A stretch of DNA of 64,000 nt from Dehalococcoidia bacterium. Lineage in GTDB: Bacteria; Chloroflexota; Dehalococcoidia; Plut-88900. The notes below the pieces were generated by a model, which was not told the origin of the DNA, did not search any database, and was given only the letters and a program-made list of their open reading frames with translations. The DNA lies in the NCBI GenBank assembly GCA_965207225.1, contig CBDBLV010000005.1, forward strand, positions 1,280,001-1,344,000, given 5' to 3'. Shown here in pieces: positions 45,752-56,594 of this stretch (positions are counted from its first letter, which is position 1; every line of letters begins with the position of its first letter). Position numbers and translations under genes: made by a program.

Positions 45752-46620
45752 GCTACGTAATAGTATACAAGGGGTATGGTGAATACAACGCTGTCGAGGC
45801 GGTCCAGGACGCCGCCGTGACCCGGGAGGAGCTTGCCGGACTCCTTGGCGCCTACTCTGCGTTTGAGGTAGGACTCGGCGAGGTCTCCCGCCATCGATAC
45901 GAGGGCCACTATGGCGGAGAGAGCGGAGATGGGGGCGAGGGCGCCGGGGAGGTCCATAACGTAGTGGACGAGGGTGCCCAAAATGACGGCGGCGGCGACT
46001 CCACCCCCAGCACCTTCCATGGTCTTGTTGGGGCTGATGCGGGGGGCGAGTTTGCGCTGCCCAACGGCTTTACCGATGAAGTAAGCACCGGCGTCGGCGG
46101 CGAAGACGGTTACGAGGGTGTAGAAGACCCAGTCCCGACCCTGGGAGAGGTCCCGGAGAAGGACGAAGTGAGCCAAGGGCCAAGCGATCAGGAAGGCTCC
46201 GAGACCGCCCCACATTACGGGGCCAACGAAGCTCAAGGGTTGATGCTGTTTCAGGTAGAGGATGCCGAGGCAGAGGGCGACGGATGCGGCGGTGAGCACG
46301 GGGAGGACTACTGCATCGAAGAATATGACGCCTACCAAGAAAATGGCGGATAAGAAAAGGCCAGCCAGGGTTGCAGGAGATAACCAGCGCTTCCCGATTA
46401 GGAAATAGAACTCCAGGGCCGCGGCTATTGCGACGATGGCCACAGCGATGGAGACCAGGGGGTCGCCGAGCCAGACTACGGCAAAAAGGACCGGGAGGCC
46501 GACGGCGGCGGTAAGGATGCGGAGGAGGAGATTGGAGGGGCGCTTAGAATTACGTTCACCCTCACCCTGATTCTCTCCCGCCAAGGGAGAGGGTGCGGAA
46601 GGGTCAGGAGTCGATGCCAC
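45748..46620 (-). CDS. cdsA: Phosphatidate cytidylyltransferase
   Basis: D.GAYFIG, KLAPRISPNKTMEG, GDLAES..KR..G.KESG..LPGHGGVLDRLDS. Confidence 0.93.
   Translation of the reverse strand: MASTPDPSAPSPLAGENQGEGERNSKRPSNLLLRILTAAVGLPVLFAVVWLGDPLVSIAVAIVAIAAALEFYFLIGKRWLSPATLAGLFLSAIFLVGVIFFDAVVLPVLTAASVALCLGILYLKQHQPLSFVGPVMWGGLGAFLIAWPLAHFVLLRDLSQGRDWVFYTLVTVFAADAGAYFIGKAVGQRKLAPRISPNKTMEGAGGGVAAAVILGTLVHYVMDLPGALAPISALSAIVALVSMAGDLAESYLKRRVGAKESGKLLPGHGGVLDRLDSVVFTIPLVYYYVA
46556..46593 (+). repeat. R2 copy inside the cdsA 5' coding region
   Basis: TCACCCTCACCCTGATTCTCTCCCGCCAAGGGAGAGGG, translated on the minus strand as PSPLAGENQGEGE. Confidence 0.75.
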
Positions 46621-47344
46621 CGAACCGTCTTTGGCGCTGGGAATAGGCCTGCAGGGAGTTTCGGACCTCCTCCTGGTCGAACTCGGGCCAGGCTTTGTCG
46701 GTGAAATAGTATTCGCTGTAGGCTGACTGCCAGATGAGGAAGTTGCTTAGGCGCATCTCGCCGGCGGTGCGGATGATAAGGTCGGGGTCCGGGATGTTCC
46801 GGGTGTAGAGGTAGTCGGAAACGAGCTGTTCGTCGACGGAGGTCGGGTCTATGCCGTCCCTGAGCATTTGCCTGATGGCGGTGAGGATCTCCGCGCGGCC
46901 GCCGTAGTCGAAGGCGATGCAGACGGTCATGTTGGTGTTGCTGCTGGTGAGGTCAACGGCTTCCTGTATGGAGGCCTGGAGGTCATGAGAGAGTCGGTCT
47001 ATGCGGCCGATGTGGACCAGGCGGACGCCTCTTTCGTGGAAGTACTGGGTCTCGTCCCTGATGGCGGCGGCGAGGAATTCGAGGAGGCCCTGGACCTCTT
47101 CCGGGGGTCGGGCCCAGTTCTCCGTAGAGAAGGCATAAAGGGTGAGATACTCGACGCCATGCTTTGCAAAATCCTCGATGACGGGGCGGATGTTGGATAT
47201 GCCAGCGCTGTGGCCCTTGAGGCGGGGCAGGTTACGCCGCTGGGCCCACCTGCCGTTGCCGTCCATGATAATGGCGACGTGCCGGGGGACGGGGGAGGTC
47301 TGGGGGTCTACCAATGGTATAGGGCTAACGGCGGAGTGTTCCAA
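46604..47344 (-). CDS. uppS: Polyprenyl diphosphate synthase
   Basis: PRHVAIIMDGNGRWA, YAFSTENW.RP, YGGR.EI, PDPDLIIRT.GE.RLSNFL.WQ. Confidence 0.96.
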   Translation of the reverse strand: MEHSAVSPIPLVDPQTSPVPRHVAIIMDGNGRWAQRRNLPRLKGHSAGISNIRPVIEDFAKHGVEYLTLYAFSTENWARPPEEVQGLLEFLAAAIRDETQYFHERGVRLVHIGRIDRLSHDLQASIQEAVDLTSSNTNMTVCIAFDYGGRAEILTAIRQMLRDGIDPTSVDEQLVSDYLYTRNIPDPDLIIRTAGEMRLSNFLIWQSAYSEYYFTDKAWPEFDQEEVRNSLQAYSQRQRRFGGIDS

Positions 47345-47411
47345 AAGGGTCCTCTAGGGCTTGCTTCCACGAACGGACAGGGTGCAATGAAGTCTGAGAA
47401 CGGTAAGCGGG

Positions 47412-47975
47412 CTACCCTTCCATCAACTCCTGCTCCTTGGCCTCGCCGAGTTCGGAGATCTTCTTTATGAAGGAGTCGGTGAGCTTTTGGATCTGGTCGG
47501 TGGCGCGGCGCTCCTCATCCTCGGAGATGTCCTTGGCTTTCTTCATAGAACGGGCCTGCTCCACAGACTCCCTACGGGCGTTACGGACGCTGACCCGACC
47601 TTCTTCGACTCGCCGGCTTACCAGCTTCGCCAATTCCCGGCGGCGCTCATCGGTGAGGGGTGGGATGGGGATCCGGATGATGGCACCATCGGAGGCGGGG
47701 TTGAGGCCGAGGTCGGCCTGGAGGATGGACTTCTCGACGGCTGGTATCGAGCTCTTGTCCCAAGGTTGGACGGTGAGGAGCCGGGCGTCGGGTACGGCGA
47801 TGGAAGCGAGCTGGTTGAGGGGGGTGGAGGCGCCGTAATAGTCGATGAGGAGGTTTTCGATGAGGCCGGGGCTGGCGCGGCCGGTCCTGACGGAGGCGAG
47901 GCTCCTTACAAGGGCGTCGACGGAATCCTCCATCTTGAGTTCGGTTTCGGTAAGGAGATCATCGGTTTCCGGCAT
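47412..47975 (-). CDS. frr: Ribosome recycling factor
   Basis: VRTGRASP, YYG..TPLNQLA, LGLNP.SDG, IPPLT.ERR. Confidence 0.96.
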   Translation of the reverse strand: MPETDDLLTETELKMEDSVDALVRSLASVRTGRASPGLIENLLIDYYGASTPLNQLASIAVPDARLLTVQPWDKSSIPAVEKSILQADLGLNPASDGAIIRIPIPPLTDERRRELAKLVSRRVEEGRVSVRNARRESVEQARSMKKAKDISEDEERRATDQIQKLTDSFIKKISELGEAKEQELMEG

Positions 47976-48052
47976 GGCAAAGATCCTCCGGTCGGGAGGT
48001 GGTGGGGGCAAGTGTAATATCGGGAGGGGGCGGGGGCAAGGGGAGGGGGTGG

Positions 48053-49278
<1,226 letters not shown>

Positions 49279-49280
49279 GG

Positions 49281-50165
49281 TTATTCCTGGGTAGGCTCGG
49301 GTGTTTGCTCTTCTTCAGGTTCGGGGGAAAAGGTTTCGGAGGCCTCTTCTTCGGGTTCGACCATGGCCTCCTCGTAGGCCTTCTGCTGCTCTTCGGCGAG
49401 GCGCTGTCGGAGCTCGACGCCTTCGAGGACGGCGTCGGAGATCTTGCCGCTGATGAGCTTAATAGAGCGGATGGCGTCGTCGTTGCCGGGGATGGGGTGA
49501 TCGATGAGGTTGGGGTCGCAATCGGTATCAACGATGGCAACGAGGGGAACGTCGACGCGCTGGGACTCCTTGACGGCGATGTCCTCCTTGCCGGGGTCGA
49601 CGATGAAAACGGCGTCGGGGAGCTTGGTCATCTCCTTGATCCCGCCGAGGAGGCGGTTCATACGGACGATTTTCTCCTCGAGCTTCTGGGCTTCTTTCTT
49701 GGGGAGGGTCTCGAAAACGCCCTTCTCCTTCTGGTCTTCGAGGCGTACAAGGTGGTCTATTCGGGACTGGATTGTGCCGAAGTTGGTGAGGGTGCCGCCG
49801 AGCCATCGGATATTGACGTAGTGCATGCCGCAGCGGGTGGCTGCATCGTGGATTACGTCCTGGGCCTGTTTCTTGGTGCCGACGAAGAGGACCTCGCCGC
49901 CTTCCATGACGAGGGAGCGGACGAAGTCACAGGCCTCGTTGAGCTTGGTGATGGTCTGCTGAAGGTCGACGATGTGGATGCCGTTGCGCTGGGTGAAGAT
50001 GTAGCGCTTCATCTTGGGGTGCCAGCGTCGGGTCTGGTGTCCGAAGTGGACACCCGATTCGAGGAGGAGCTTCATTGTGACGGGTTCAGGAAGTTGCTCT
50101 TCCTGGGTTTCGACCACAGGCGCTTCAGCGGCGGGTTGGGGTTCCGTTACGGTCTCTTGTACCAT
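49281..50165 (-). CDS. rpsB: 30S ribosomal protein S2
   Basis: [47 protein letters not shown]. Confidence 0.97.
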   Translation of the reverse strand: MVQETVTEPQPAAEAPVVETQEEQLPEPVTMKLLLESGVHFGHQTRRWHPKMKRYIFTQRNGIHIVDLQQTITKLNEACDFVRSLVMEGGEVLFVGTKKQAQDVIHDAATRCGMHYVNIRWLGGTLTNFGTIQSRIDHLVRLEDQKEKGVFETLPKKEAQKLEEKIVRMNRLLGGIKEMTKLPDAVFIVDPGKEDIAVKESQRVDVPLVAIVDTDCDPNLIDHPIPGNDDAIRSIKLISGKISDAVLEGVELRQRLAEEQQKAYEEAMVEPEEEASETFSPEPEEEQTPEPTQE

Positions 50166-50177
50166 GCTTAAGTTGCT

Positions 50178-51167
50178 CTATTCCTTCCTGCATAGCCTGA
50201 AAATGGGCGCGAGGGAGTATAGCACAGGGCAATAATTGGGGACAATTGGATGGGGGTGGGGCGCCCAGGGAGTGATGGGGCGTTTGATTGAAGATTGATT
50301 GAACGTTGATTGAACTCGTAGCTGGTTTGATTGAATGACGCCTAGAGTAGAAAACCAGGGGCGTGGTGCATTTTGGGTGGGCCGGAGGGGAACCCTCACC
50401 CCCTTGGTCCCCCTCTCCCCCCCGAGGGACTCGGGGCAGGCTCTTAGGGCCTTTAAGGGAGAGGGGGAGAGAAAAACAGAGGGAGCCGTTGGCGCGCCTG
50501 CGCCAACGGCTCCCTCTAGTTTCATTACTGGGGAGAGGGAACAGGACACCACCCCAGATTCCTCGCAGGGCATCGGAATGACAGTGTGAGGGGCGTTGGT
50601 TGGTGGTTGCAGCACTGCGCCGTTCCGCTCTTGAGACCCTTCGACTACGCTCAGGGCGAGCGGAACCCCCACCCATAGGTTCCCGATCGGGGTCGGGAAT
50701 GACGGGAAGGGGGTGTAGGCGATGGAAGGACCATGGCCAGGGCGCAGGGGCCGGGGGGCCAAGCTGCGCCAGACCCGCAAGTCGGCAGGGCGAGAGGGAG
50801 TATCCCCTTGCGGCCTGTCCGTATGCGGGAAGCGCTCCATCATTCGGAGGGATGGGAGCACAGACTCTCTGCCGTCTCTAGGTGAATGGGAGCCTCCGAG
50901 ATTTGAGACGGGGGAGTAGTCCCGGGGCGCGATGGCCTCGGGGGACCCGACAAAGTCGGGGTAGAGCCCCTCGCACATGGCGGGGGCTAGACGCCCCAAT
51001 GAGGGGGCGCAGCCGCGGGGGAGACCTGGATGACAGGTGTGCCGCGGAGAGTCGATGGACCTTCCATCGCCTGGAGGAAAGGGTGAGGGGAGGTGACGCG
51101 TGTCGTAGGCCGGGCGGTCGCGCAGCGCCCGGGTGCGACGTGAGCTGATCAGGCTGGTGCGGCTCAT
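50178..51167 (-). CDS. Possible 329-aa ORF overlying element C and the repeat mosaic
   Basis: AAGGAG RBS + ATG; MSRTSL..R..RA...RPA..TR.LP similar to ORF A; no recognisable domain. Confidence 0.25.
   Translation of the reverse strand: MSRTSLISSRRTRALRDRPAYDTRHLPSPFPPGDGRSIDSPRHTCHPGLPRGCAPSLGRLAPAMCEGLYPDFVGSPEAIAPRDYSPVSNLGGSHSPRDGRESVLPSLRMMERFPHTDRPQGDTPSRPADLRVWRSLAPRPLRPGHGPSIAYTPFPSFPTPIGNLWVGVPLALSVVEGSQERNGAVLQPPTNAPHTVIPMPCEESGVVSCSLSPVMKLEGAVGAGAPTAPSVFLSPSPLKALRACPESLGGERGTKGVRVPLRPTQNAPRPWFSTLGVIQSNQLRVQSTFNQSSIKRPITPWAPHPHPIVPNYCPVLYSLAPIFRLCRKE
50216..50226 (-). promoter_or_regulatory. Extended -10 promoter of rpsB-tsf
   Basis: TGTGCTATACT about 50 nt upstream of the rpsB ATG. 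Confidence 0.55.
50284..50335 (-). repeat. TTCAATCAA x4 phased direct repeats
   Basis: TTGATTGAA on the + strand at 50284, 50295, 50306 and 50327. Confidence 0.8.
50388..50705 (-). repeat. REP mosaic R3 + R1 + R5 + R6
   Basis: R3 at 50388-50531, R1 at 50556-50583, R5 at 50620-50663, R6 at 50678-50705. Confidence 0.85.
50717..51072 (-). ncRNA. Putative structured RNA, copy C
   Basis: Closing stem AGGCGAUGGAAGGUCCAU / AUGGUCCUUCCAUCGCCU (17 of 18 paired); nine consecutive hairpins. Confidence 0.55.
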
Positions 51168-51230
51168 AAACTCCTTATTCCTTTCCTGTGTGATGGGCTC
51201 CGAGGTACGAGGTCGGTGGCCCTGGGGAGT

Positions 51231-51259
51231 AGTATAGCACGGGGGTTCAGGTAGAGCAA
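51231..51259 (-). promoter_or_regulatory. Sigma70-type promoter of element C
   Basis: TTGCTC-17 bp-TATACT with extended TG. Confidence 0.7.
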
Positions 51260-51320
51260 ATGTGCAGGTTTGGGGGGGGTGGCGGAGGAGAGTGGGGGTG
51301 ATGGGGGTGTGTGGCGCACA

Positions 51321-51565
51321 GGGTACCCACAAGGGGCACCCCTACAGGGGAGGGGAGTGTGGAAGGGGTGAGAGGCGTGAGTGGGCAAGTCCCAGATTCC
51401 TCGCGGGGCATCGGAATGACAGAGGAGAGGGGGGTGGGGCTTTTGCAAGGCTGACGGGACGTATTGGCAAGCCGTTGGCTCCGCCTCCGCTCATACTTCG
51501 AGAGCCTCAGCATGAGCGGCCCCGCCACCCGGGGATGGATTCCCGATCGGGGGCGGGAATGACGG
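51321..51565 (-). repeat. REP mosaic R4 + R1 + R5 + R6
   Basis: R4 at 51321-51345, R1 at 51394-51421, R5+R6 at 51487-51565. Confidence 0.85.
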
Positions 51566-51710
51566 AAATGCGAATGCTCATCGGTAGGCATTTGGGTTGG
51601 TTTGACCGGGTAGAGGGGGGAGTATAGAATCGGGCGCGGAGGCCACGGGCGGCGGTGTTAGCGCCCGGGGCTTTGCAATCTCATTGGATGTTCCGTAAAG
51701 GAGTTTTGCT

Positions 51711-53063
51711 ATGGCAGCCACCCAGACCCCGACCGCCGGTGAACTGAAGGAGATGGCCCTTAACTATTTCTGGCCGCATTCCCAGCAGGTAGCGGACTTC
51801 GAGAAGGAGGACGGGCTCCACGTGATGGCAGACGGGGAAGGGTGCTGGGTGGAGGACACGGAGGGGAGGAAGTACATAGATGTGCTTTCAGGGATGTGGC
51901 TGAAGAACATCGGCTACGGGCGGAAGGAGATTGCGGAGGCGGTCTACCAGCAGATGCAGACGATCACGTACTCGCCGGAGAACACCACGAACGTGCCTGC
52001 GCTGCAGCTGTCCAAGAGGCTGGCGGGCCTGTCCCGGGACAAGGAGTCTCGGGCTTTCCTGGTAAGCGGGGGGTCGGAGGCGGTGGAGTCGGCGTTGAAG
52101 ATGGCGAAGGCGTACCACAAGAACAGGGGGGAGGCGGGTCGGTACAAGGTCATCAGCCGGCAGAACTCATATCACGGGGCGACGTTTGCATTGATGAGCC
52201 TGGGAGGATACCCGGGGACCCAGGGTTTCGGGCCCCTGGTACCGGGCAACATTCACGTGCCCACGCCGGACCATTACGGAAGCCAATCCGGTGGCGGCGA
52301 CGTGGAGAGCGCAAAAGAAATCGAACGGGCGATTTTACATGAGGGGCCGGAAACGGTGGCGGCAGTAATTGGAGAACCGATTTCCACGTCCAAGATGGCA
52401 GTGCCGCATCCCGAATACTGGCCGACGGTCAGAGAGATATGCGACAAGTACGGCGTCCTGCTGATAGTCGATGAGGTGATCACGGGATTCGGGCGGACGG
52501 GGAAGATGTTCGCCTCCGAGCACTGGGACCTGCAGCCCGACATAATGACAATGGCGAAGGGGCTTTCGAGTGGATATCTGCCGATCGGGGCAGCGGTGGC
52601 GAGGAAGTCGGTGGCGGACGAATTCATAGGCGGGGAGGACAAGACGTTCAAGCACCTGTTCACGTTTGGAGGGAACCCGGTTTCCTGTGCGGCGTCCATG
52701 GCCAACCTGGACATCCTGGAGAACGAGGGCCTGATAGAAAACTCTGCGGCGATGGGGACGTACCTACACGAGCAACTTCAGACGCTGTACGAGCACCCGA
52801 TTGTCGGGGAGGTGCGGGGCGGTCTAGGGCTACTGGCGGGGGTGGAGATAGTAAAGGACCGGGACACGAAGGAGAAGTTCGCCGAGGACTCGGGGCTGGG
52901 GCAGCTGCTGACCGAGGGATTCCTGAACCACCAGATCCTGACTCGGCAGCGGGGCAACCTGATATTCCTGAGCCCACCCCTGTGCATAACGAAGGACGAA
53001 GTCGACTTCATAGTAAGCAACCTGAGCGAGATCCTGGGCGAGGTAAGCGAGAAGCTAGCCTAA
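51711..53063 (+). CDS. Class III PLP-dependent aminotransferase
   Basis: SGGSEAVE.ALK, SYHG.T, LLIVDEVITGFGRTG, PDIMTMAKGLSSGY.P. Confidence 0.92.
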   Translation: MAATQTPTAGELKEMALNYFWPHSQQVADFEKEDGLHVMADGEGCWVEDTEGRKYIDVLSGMWLKNIGYGRKEIAEAVYQQMQTITYSPENTTNVPALQLSKRLAGLSRDKESRAFLVSGGSEAVESALKMAKAYHKNRGEAGRYKVISRQNSYHGATFALMSLGGYPGTQGFGPLVPGNIHVPTPDHYGSQSGGGDVESAKEIERAILHEGPETVAAVIGEPISTSKMAVPHPEYWPTVREICDKYGVLLIVDEVITGFGRTGKMFASEHWDLQPDIMTMAKGLSSGYLPIGAAVARKSVADEFIGGEDKTFKHLFTFGGNPVSCAASMANLDILENEGLIENSAAMGTYLHEQLQTLYEHPIVGEVRGGLGLLAGVEIVKDRDTKEKFAEDSGLGQLLTEGFLNHQILTRQRGNLIFLSPPLCITKDEVDFIVSNLSEILGEVSEKLA

Positions 53064-53078
53064 TCCCTGGTTTCCGGG

Positions 53079-53990
53079 ATGAAGTACGGGATTACGCTCA
53101 AGGAGAGCGGGGGTGATGCCACGGCGCAGGCGAAGGAGGCGGAGGAGTTAGGCTTCGACACGCTGTGGGCGGGGGAGCACGTAGTCTGGCGACATCCAAT
53201 CCACGACAGCCTGATGCAGATGGCCGCGGCAGCGGCTGTAACGGAACGCATCAGGCTGGGCACGGCTATCGTGCTGATTCCTCTGAAGCACCCGATTCTG
53301 ATGTGCAAGGCGGTGACGACGCTGGACCACATCTCCGGGGGGAGGGTGGACTTCGGGATTGGCATTGGCGGCGAGTACCCGAAGGAATTCGAGGCGATGG
53401 GGGTGCCGGTGAACGAGCGCGGGCCGCGGGCGAACGAGATACTTCGGCTGATGAAGAGGCTTTGGACTGAGGAGTCGGTGACGTTTTCGGGGCGGTTCTA
53501 TGAAATGGAGGACATCGGGCTGGAGCCGCACCCGGTGCAGAAGCCGCATCCGCCAATCTACGTGGGCGGGAGGCGGAAGTCGGTGCGGAGGACGGGACTT
53601 TATGGGGACGGGTGGATCCCATACATGTACTCGCCGGAACTGTTCAAGGAGGGGTGGACGCAGATCGTGGAGATTGCGGAGGGGGCGGGTCGGGACCCGG
53701 GGGGGATAGACCCGACGGTGTGGGTGCCGATCTGCATTGCGGATGACTACGACGAGGCGGCCCGGATGTCGAGCCAGGCACTGGGGGGAGACTACGGGCA
53801 GTCTTTCGATGCGCTTGTGCGGAAATATGCGCTGCTGGGGACGCCGGAGCAGATCGTGGGGCGGATGGGGGAGTACCGGGAGGCGGGGGTGGAGCATTTC
53901 ATATTCAGTCCCTCGGGGCCGGAGGAGGTGACGGCGGAGATGCCGGGGCGGATTGCTCGGGAGGTTATTCCGCTTTTCGGTGGGGGGTAA
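53079..53990 (+). CDS. LLM-class (luciferase-like) flavin/F420-dependent oxidoreductase
   Basis: AEELGFDTLWAGEH, TERIRLGT, TLDHISGGR..FGIG.G, PVQKPHPPIYVGG. Confidence 0.9.
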   Translation: MKYGITLKESGGDATAQAKEAEELGFDTLWAGEHVVWRHPIHDSLMQMAAAAAVTERIRLGTAIVLIPLKHPILMCKAVTTLDHISGGRVDFGIGIGGEYPKEFEAMGVPVNERGPRANEILRLMKRLWTEESVTFSGRFYEMEDIGLEPHPVQKPHPPIYVGGRRKSVRRTGLYGDGWIPYMYSPELFKEGWTQIVEIAEGAGRDPGGIDPTVWVPICIADDYDEAARMSSQALGGDYGQSFDALVRKYALLGTPEQIVGRMGEYREAGVEHFIFSPSGPEEVTAEMPGRIAREVIPLFGGG

Positions 53991-54009
53991 GGGGCCCCCG
54001 CCCCCCAGC

Positions 54010-54152
54010 GGAACCCTCACCCCCTTGATCCCCCTCTCCACCTCGAGGGACTCGGGGCAGGCCCCTAATGCAGTACTAAGGGGAAGGGGAGGGTGGATGT
54101 AATGGATGTGGGTGGGCAAGTCCTAGATCCCTCGCGGAGCCTCGGGATGACA
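54010..54152 (-). repeat. Truncated R3 + R1
   Basis: GGAACCCTCACCCCCTTGATCCCCCTCTCC..GAGGGACTCGGGGCAGGC; AGATCCCTCGCGGAGCCTCGGGATGACA. Confidence 0.75.
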
Positions 54153-54206
54153 ATGGTATAAGGTTCTCCTGAAGGGTGAGGCAAAGAAGAATAGAGGTGG
54201 GGGGAT

Positions 54207-55376
54207 TTAGGAGATGTTGTAGAGGCGGGCGCAGTTGTCCCAGAGGATTTCGCGCTGGCTGGACTCGGGGACGCCTTCAAGGGAAAGGAAGGTCTCGATG
54301 GCGTGGGGGTAGGCGGAATCGTTGTGGGGCCAGTCGGTGGAGATGACGAGGTTCTTGGAGCCGATGGCCTGGATGGTGTACTTGACGAGGGCCTCGTCGG
54401 GGTCTACTGAGACGAAGCAGCGTTCCTGGAAGTATTCGCTCGGGGGGCGGGTGAGGCGGAAGCGCTCCTTGTCGCCCATCATTTCCTCGTGCTCGTCGAG
54501 GCAGTAGAGCCACCAGGGGACCCAGCTGCTGTGACCTTCCAAGAAGGCGGCCTTGAGGGTCGGGTTTCTCTGGAGAACCCCGCCGGAGAGCATGTTGCCG
54601 AGGGTGCATATCAGCTCGACAGGGTGGGCAACGGAGTGGCCGAGGGCGTGGTTGTCCATGTAGCGGCGGGCGAGGTGGTTCTGGTAGGCCATCTGGATGC
54701 CGTGGAAGGACACGGGGACGCCGAGGGACTGGGCGGTGTTCCAGAAGGGGTCGTAGCAGGGGTCGTACCAGGGGCGTTGGAGGACCGGGTTGCTGGGGAG
54801 GACCAGGGTCACGGCGCCGAGGGTGTTGACGGCGTACTCGGCCTCCTGGATGGCGAGGTTAACATCGTGCATGGGGACGAGGGCGCCGAGCTTGAGGATG
54901 GATGGGTCTGCGTCGCAGTAGTCACGGAGCCAGAGGTTGAAAGCCCGGCAGATAGCGGCGGCCAGGTAGGGGTCCATGTCGTCGTAGCCTATTACGTGGG
55001 CGCCCATGGTGCGGAAGCAGATGGCTACATCAAGGCCTTCCACCTTGACGGCTTCGAGCATGTGCTCGGGTCGGGAGCCTTCCTCCTCGCCGGGGCCGAG
55101 GCTGCCGGACAGGTGCTTGTCGGGCTGGTAGGTGCCTTCGGATTCCGCCTTTCGCCGGGCGATTTCGTTGCGGATATCGAGGCCGCGCTGGCGTTCGGGG
55201 AGGTCAATGAAGGCGGGTAGGGGTCTGCCGTTGGAGTACCAGGTCTCGCCTCCGCCGTTCATGGACATCTTGCGGGGGGCGAGGTCTTTGAAGGCGGGGT
55301 CGATGTAGTCGGTCCACAGGTCCGGGGGTTCGGAGACGTGGATGTCGCTGTCCATGACTTTGAAGCCGTTGTTCAT
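54207..55376 (-). CDS. Amidohydrolase family 2 protein
   Basis: DSDIHVSEP, AFN.WL.DYC, PVSFHG, FLEG, STDWPH.D. Confidence 0.87.
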   Translation of the reverse strand: MNNGFKVMDSDIHVSEPPDLWTDYIDPAFKDLAPRKMSMNGGGETWYSNGRPLPAFIDLPERQRGLDIRNEIARRKAESEGTYQPDKHLSGSLGPGEEEGSRPEHMLEAVKVEGLDVAICFRTMGAHVIGYDDMDPYLAAAICRAFNLWLRDYCDADPSILKLGALVPMHDVNLAIQEAEYAVNTLGAVTLVLPSNPVLQRPWYDPCYDPFWNTAQSLGVPVSFHGIQMAYQNHLARRYMDNHALGHSVAHPVELICTLGNMLSGGVLQRNPTLKAAFLEGHSSWVPWWLYCLDEHEEMMGDKERFRLTRPPSEYFQERCFVSVDPDEALVKYTIQAIGSKNLVISTDWPHNDSAYPHAIETFLSLEGVPESSQREILWDNCARLYNIS

Positions 55377-55409
55377 GGTTAAGCTCCCGAGAGTGAGAAA
55401 CGGACGGGC

Positions 55410-56507
55410 CTAGAAATTATGAATCCTGGCGACGGTGCCGCCGAGGATATTAGAGCGGTCTTCCTCGGAGAGGAAGGGACAGTGGGCTCGGTACTGGTCG
55501 AAGCACTGGCGGTAGTTCCAGAACCGCAGGACCATGGGTATATCGGTGCCGACTATGACATGGTCGGAGCCGATGCGGTTAATGATTTCCTGGACGGTGG
55601 GCTCGACGTTCCTGAAGGGGTACTGCCAGATGCCGCCAAGCTGGATGGGGAAGAGGAGCTGGAGGTTGCAGCTGTCGGACTCGAAGACCCGCCAGACCTC
55701 TTCCGGGAGGATGATGCGGTCGTCCTGGCGAAAGTTTCCCCAGGAGAGGCCGTGAGTGAGGACGACGGGGGTGTCGGGGTGGTCCTGCATCCAGTTGTAC
55801 ACGGTGTCGAGCTCCTGGAGGTAGCTGGCGGTGCCAGACTTGGCGAAGGCCTGACCGGCTTTGGGTTGGACGGTGAAGTAAATGGGGAGACCGAAGGTAG
55901 AGATGCCCTGCCAGAATTCGCGCATGGGGCCCGCGTTCCAGCTTTCGGCAAAGCCGCCGGTGGAGTAGGGGCGGGTGAAGAACTGGTAGCCGCACACGCC
56001 ACCGGCGTTCAGCCAATGCTCTACTTCCCGAAGGGCGGCGTGGGGGTCTGAGGGGATGTCGGTTTCTGGGATGTGGACGAGGCTCTTGATGCGGTCGGGG
56101 TAGCGGGCGGCGGCCTCGGAGTGGAACTTGTTGTTGCGGCCAAGGTGGGAGGCGTTGTGGAGGATGGCGATGTCGACGCGGGCGTAGTCCATTTCGGCGA
56201 TGAGGCGGTCGGCGGGCATTTCGAGGTTGTTGAGGAGGGGCGGAAGGTACTGCTTGGTGTAGGTCTCGCCTTGGTAAGTCCAAGTGAGCCGGTCCTTGTC
56301 CCGACCCCAGGTGACGTCATGGAGAACACCGGTGTCGGGGTCGGCGAGGACGGAGTTGTCGGCGAAGGCGCGGTCGCGGACTCGCCAGACGGGCTGGTGG
56401 TGGATGGACAGCTCCTGCTGGACTGCCCGCATTTTCTGGTCGAGGGTCGGGTAGCCGGCTGGGGAGTCCATGGGTTCAAAGATGTATGCGTGGCCGTCGA
56501 TCAGCAT
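55410..56507 (-). CDS. Amidohydrolase family protein
   Basis: IDGHAY, VVLTHG, GTDIP, NILGG. Confidence 0.75.
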   Translation of the reverse strand: MLIDGHAYIFEPMDSPAGYPTLDQKMRAVQQELSIHHQPVWRVRDRAFADNSVLADPDTGVLHDVTWGRDKDRLTWTYQGETYTKQYLPPLLNNLEMPADRLIAEMDYARVDIAILHNASHLGRNNKFHSEAAARYPDRIKSLVHIPETDIPSDPHAALREVEHWLNAGGVCGYQFFTRPYSTGGFAESWNAGPMREFWQGISTFGLPIYFTVQPKAGQAFAKSGTASYLQELDTVYNWMQDHPDTPVVLTHGLSWGNFRQDDRIILPEEVWRVFESDSCNLQLLFPIQLGGIWQYPFRNVEPTVQEIINRIGSDHVIVGTDIPMVLRFWNYRQCFDQYRAHCPFLSEEDRSNILGGTVARIHNF

Positions 56508-56594
56508 GGTAAATCGCCCCCGAGTTTAACGCGTTGCCGCCGCTTCGGAGAGAACATTATACTTGACCGACATCCCCCCCGACGCGGAAGGCAA

